Source: an uncultured Pseudomonadota bacterium
Lineage (GTDB): Bacteria > Babelota > Babeliae > Babelales > UBA12411
Length of the DNA: 64,000 bases
NCBI GenBank assembly: GCA_964491895.1
Contig: CAZBHK010000004.1
Coordinates: 32,432-96,431 of the forward strand
Reading direction: 5' to 3'
Shown: in pieces, positions 62,214-64,000 of the stretch
Numbering within the stretch: position 1 is the stretch's first letter
How the letters are laid out: every line of letters starts with the position of its first letter
Program-made: the position numbers and the translations under genes
Notes under the pieces: model-generated
Databases searched by the model: none
Told to the model about the DNA's origin: nothing
What the model saw: the letters and a program-made list of their open reading frames with translations, nothing else

Positions 62214-63264
62214 AGCTGCAATTTTGATTTTTACATTGCTTTCAATAACGATTATTTCTACGTTAAGCTTTCAGTTATTACGAAATACAAGGGTACATTC
62301 ATATTTTGCTTCAACTATTGTTTTGAAAGAACAGGCTAAAATGCTTTGTTTTGGTGGTGTTAATTTAGCGATAGCGCAATTGACTCAGCATTTGCAAGAA
62401 GATAATCTTAAAGAAAAAATTAAAACTGATCCAGATTATAAAGCTAAAAAAATGTTGTCTAACTTTTTACCATATCTTAATAAATGGCAGACATTTGAAT
62501 TACAAAAAGGTGTGGATGGTATTAATGGAGAGTTAAAAATTGCAGTTGTTAGCGAGAATGGAAAAATTAATTTAAATAAACGATTTTTTGATGAACAAAA
62601 GAATGAGTTTAAACAGGAAATAGTGGAGGAATTGGAACTTATTGCTAAGATAGGGGGACTGAAAATTTCCAAAGATGAGTTAAAAGCAAATATTCAAAGG
62701 TTTTTTAAGAATAGAAAAACTCCCTTGCTAGATCTTTCGGAGCTTATGGAAATAGAAGGTTTTGAGAAAATACGATTATTTTATGAGCCACCACAGAATT
62801 TTAAAGAGAAGGAACAGGCACAGAAACGGCCAGTAGCATTATCAGATTATTTTACTTTATGGACAAATAATGACAAAGTAGATCCATGGCTTTTATCTGA
62901 TGCTGTTTGTTTTGCTTGGAATTTACGTAGGCCAGAAAAAGATGATGCTATTAAGAGAGATGCAATTTTTGAGCGAGTTATAAAAAATTATAAAAGTGAT
63001 TTGGGGAAAGATTGGACTGCTAATTGGAATATGTTAATGCCAATTTATGATAAGAGGCTTCCTCAATTTAACCTCGTTTCTGGTATATTATCTCAACAAT
63101 TTGCACCGCAAGTTTTCAGTGTGATATCTTGTGGAAAAGTACAAGATGTGGAAGAATGCATTTTAGTAGTATTTAAAATTATTGAAATAAATAAGCAAAC
63201 TGAAGAAATAAAAGGAAAAAGATTTAGTAATCTTTACAAAATTGTAAAAATTTATTGGTTATAA
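62197..63264 (+). CDS. gspK: minor pseudopilin, GspK-like
   Basis: Hydrophobic N-terminus without Glu+5 ('NKAAILIFTLLSITIIS'), about 355 aa, 'KINLNK' and 'LLDLSELMEIEGF' segments like the GspK helix-hairpin region. Last position in the pseudopilin series. Confidence 0.45.
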   Translation: MYKKNKAAILIFTLLSITIISTLSFQLLRNTRVHSYFASTIVLKEQAKMLCFGGVNLAIAQLTQHLQEDNLKEKIKTDPDYKAKKMLSNFLPYLNKWQTFELQKGVDGINGELKIAVVSENGKINLNKRFFDEQKNEFKQEIVEELELIAKIGGLKISKDELKANIQRFFKNRKTPLLDLSELMEIEGFEKIRLFYEPPQNFKEKEQAQKRPVALSDYFTLWTNNDKVDPWLLSDAVCFAWNLRRPEKDDAIKRDAIFERVIKNYKSDLGKDWTANWNMLMPIYDKRLPQFNLVSGILSQQFAPQVFSVISCGKVQDVEECILVVFKIIEINKQTEEIKGKRFSNLYKIVKIYWL

Positions 63265-63273
63265 GGACCATTT

Positions 63274-64000
63274 GTGAAAACAGAAACAATTGTTGGTATT
63301 TTTATTGTAGCGGCTATAGGAATATTTTTTTATATGAGTATTTCTATAGGATCTTTTCGTTTGGATAAAGATAGATATGAATCTTATAAAGCCTATTTTG
63401 ATGATACTGCTGGTATAGAGATCAAGGATAGAGTTAAAATAGCCGGCGTTGATGTAGGATGGGTAGAACGAGTATCTTTAGATCCTAGTGGAAAGGCATT
63501 GGTGCATTTCTACATTCGTAAAGAAAATCAACTTGCAAGAAATGCTTACGCTGTTGTCCGTCAAGAAACCATGCTAGGTAATAAATATTTGGAAGTAGCG
63601 ACAGGTGATTCTTCTACTGGTATTTTATTGCCTGGTAGTGCATTAGGAGGTCCATCTCAAGCTCCACCTACGTTAGGTGATCTTTTTAATAAGTTTGGAT
63701 CTATAGCTGAGAGTATTAATGACGTAGCTGTAGCATTAAAAAGAGTTGTAGCTTCTAAAGAAGGTGAAGATAATCTTAAGCAGGCTATACAGGGTTTTGC
63801 TAAAGCATCAGAAAGTATAGCTAATTTTTCAGGGGTTTTGGAAAGAGCACTGACCAAAAATGAAGAAAGTGTTAATGCTTCTTTGGATAATTTAAAGGAT
63901 ATTACTGGTAGCTTGAAAAAAGGTATTCCATCTGTTACTGATGATGTTCACCAATTTACTTCAGACTTGCATAAATCTGTTTTCCCTAATTTTGATAGTT
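63274..64000 (+). CDS. MCE/MlaD-domain protein, 3' end cut by window edge
   Basis: Absent from the ORF track because there is no stop, but the frame from GTG 63274 is open to base 64000. The sequence runs 'VKTETIVGIFIVAAIGIFFYMS' (TM anchor), then 'YKAYFDDTAGIEIKDRVKIAGVDVGWVERVSLDPSGKALVHFYIRK...ARNAYAVVRQETMLGNKYLEV' (MCE fold pattern). Confidence 0.7.
   Translation, partial: MKTETIVGIFIVAAIGIFFYMSISIGSFRLDKDRYESYKAYFDDTAGIEIKDRVKIAGVDVGWVERVSLDPSGKALVHFYIRKENQLARNAYAVVRQETMLGNKYLEVATGDSSTGILLPGSALGGPSQAPPTLGDLFNKFGSIAESINDVAVALKRVVASKEGEDNLKQAIQGFAKASESIANFSGVLERALTKNEESVNASLDNLKDITGSLKKGIPSVTDDVHQFTSDLHKSVFPNFDS

Noticed and set aside
9191-63857. About 35 short ORFs (60-134 aa) in the six-frame track that lie antisense to, or out of frame within, the large genes. 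Examples: 9191-9403(-), 9603-10007(-), 10582-10812(-), 14087-14386(-), 17078-17377(-), 21408-21791(-), 26006-26359(-), 29059-29406(-), 32590-32784(+), 38384-38632(+), 39233-39580(+), 43302-43523(+), 45285-45593(+), 47578-47796(-), 50227-50535(-), 54647-54835(+), 58075-58353(+), 60192-60524(-), 62436-62672(-), 63657-63857(-).
   Set aside because: Each is fully embedded in a longer ORF with clear family motifs on the other strand or frame. They lack SD sequences and have low-complexity or odd composition, so they are shadow ORFs.
1-64000. Scan for rRNA, tRNA, tmRNA and CRISPR arrays, and for restriction-modification, toxin-antitoxin or other defence-system signatures.
   Set aside because: I saw no GTTCGAATC-type T-arm contexts, no regularly spaced direct repeats, and no nuclease, methylase, Cas, helicase or toxin-like motifs apart from TnpB. 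The intergenic regions are short apart from those discussed.

Overview
This is a 64 kb segment of a very AT-rich, tightly packed bacterial chromosome. GC looks to be about one third or less by eye; I did not compute it. KdsA, two MsbA-type exporters, a LolD-like ATPase, MurJ, an MCE/MlaD protein, an outer-membrane beta-barrel candidate and T2SS pseudopilins indicate a diderm. The composition and gene mix would fit a host-associated lineage with a reduced genome, such as Dependentiae/TM6, but that is only an inference.

Layout:
- 1-30764: 28 co-directional, often overlapping plus-strand genes form a surface-glycan island. It contains a pseudaminic-acid-type nonulosonate pathway, Ugd, UXS, an AsnB-like amidotransferase, 4 GT4 enzymes, CgeB-like and KpsS/KpsC-like transferases, 5 methyltransferases, an internal ABC exporter and two tandem paralogous GT-C membrane enzymes.
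- 30757-51754: housekeeping genes (msbA-like, glyA, efp, nusB, kdsA, ndk, rpsA, lon, nrdDG, lolD-like, murJ), interspersed with secreted hypothetical proteins and a GC-rich structured intergenic region upstream of rpsA.
- About 51.8-53.3 kb: a TnpB-only IS200/IS605-type element with intact RuvC residues.
- 53353-58802: signal-peptide ORFans. They include a 939-aa Thr/Ser/Gly-rich protein translationally coupled to a beta-barrel candidate that ends in Phe.
- 58888-63264: a partial T2SS operon (gspF-G-H-I-J-K), followed 9 nt later by an MCE-domain gene that runs off the window.

I recognised no rRNA, tRNA or CRISPR array. The best candidate for something undescribed is the ORFan surface/export block at 53.3-58.8 kb, wedged between the IS element and the T2SS operon. 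The non-canonical nonulosonate/GT-C glycan island may supply its glycans. All calls rest on motifs read from the translations, with no database search. Small hairpin coordinates were indexed by hand and may be off by 1-2 nt.
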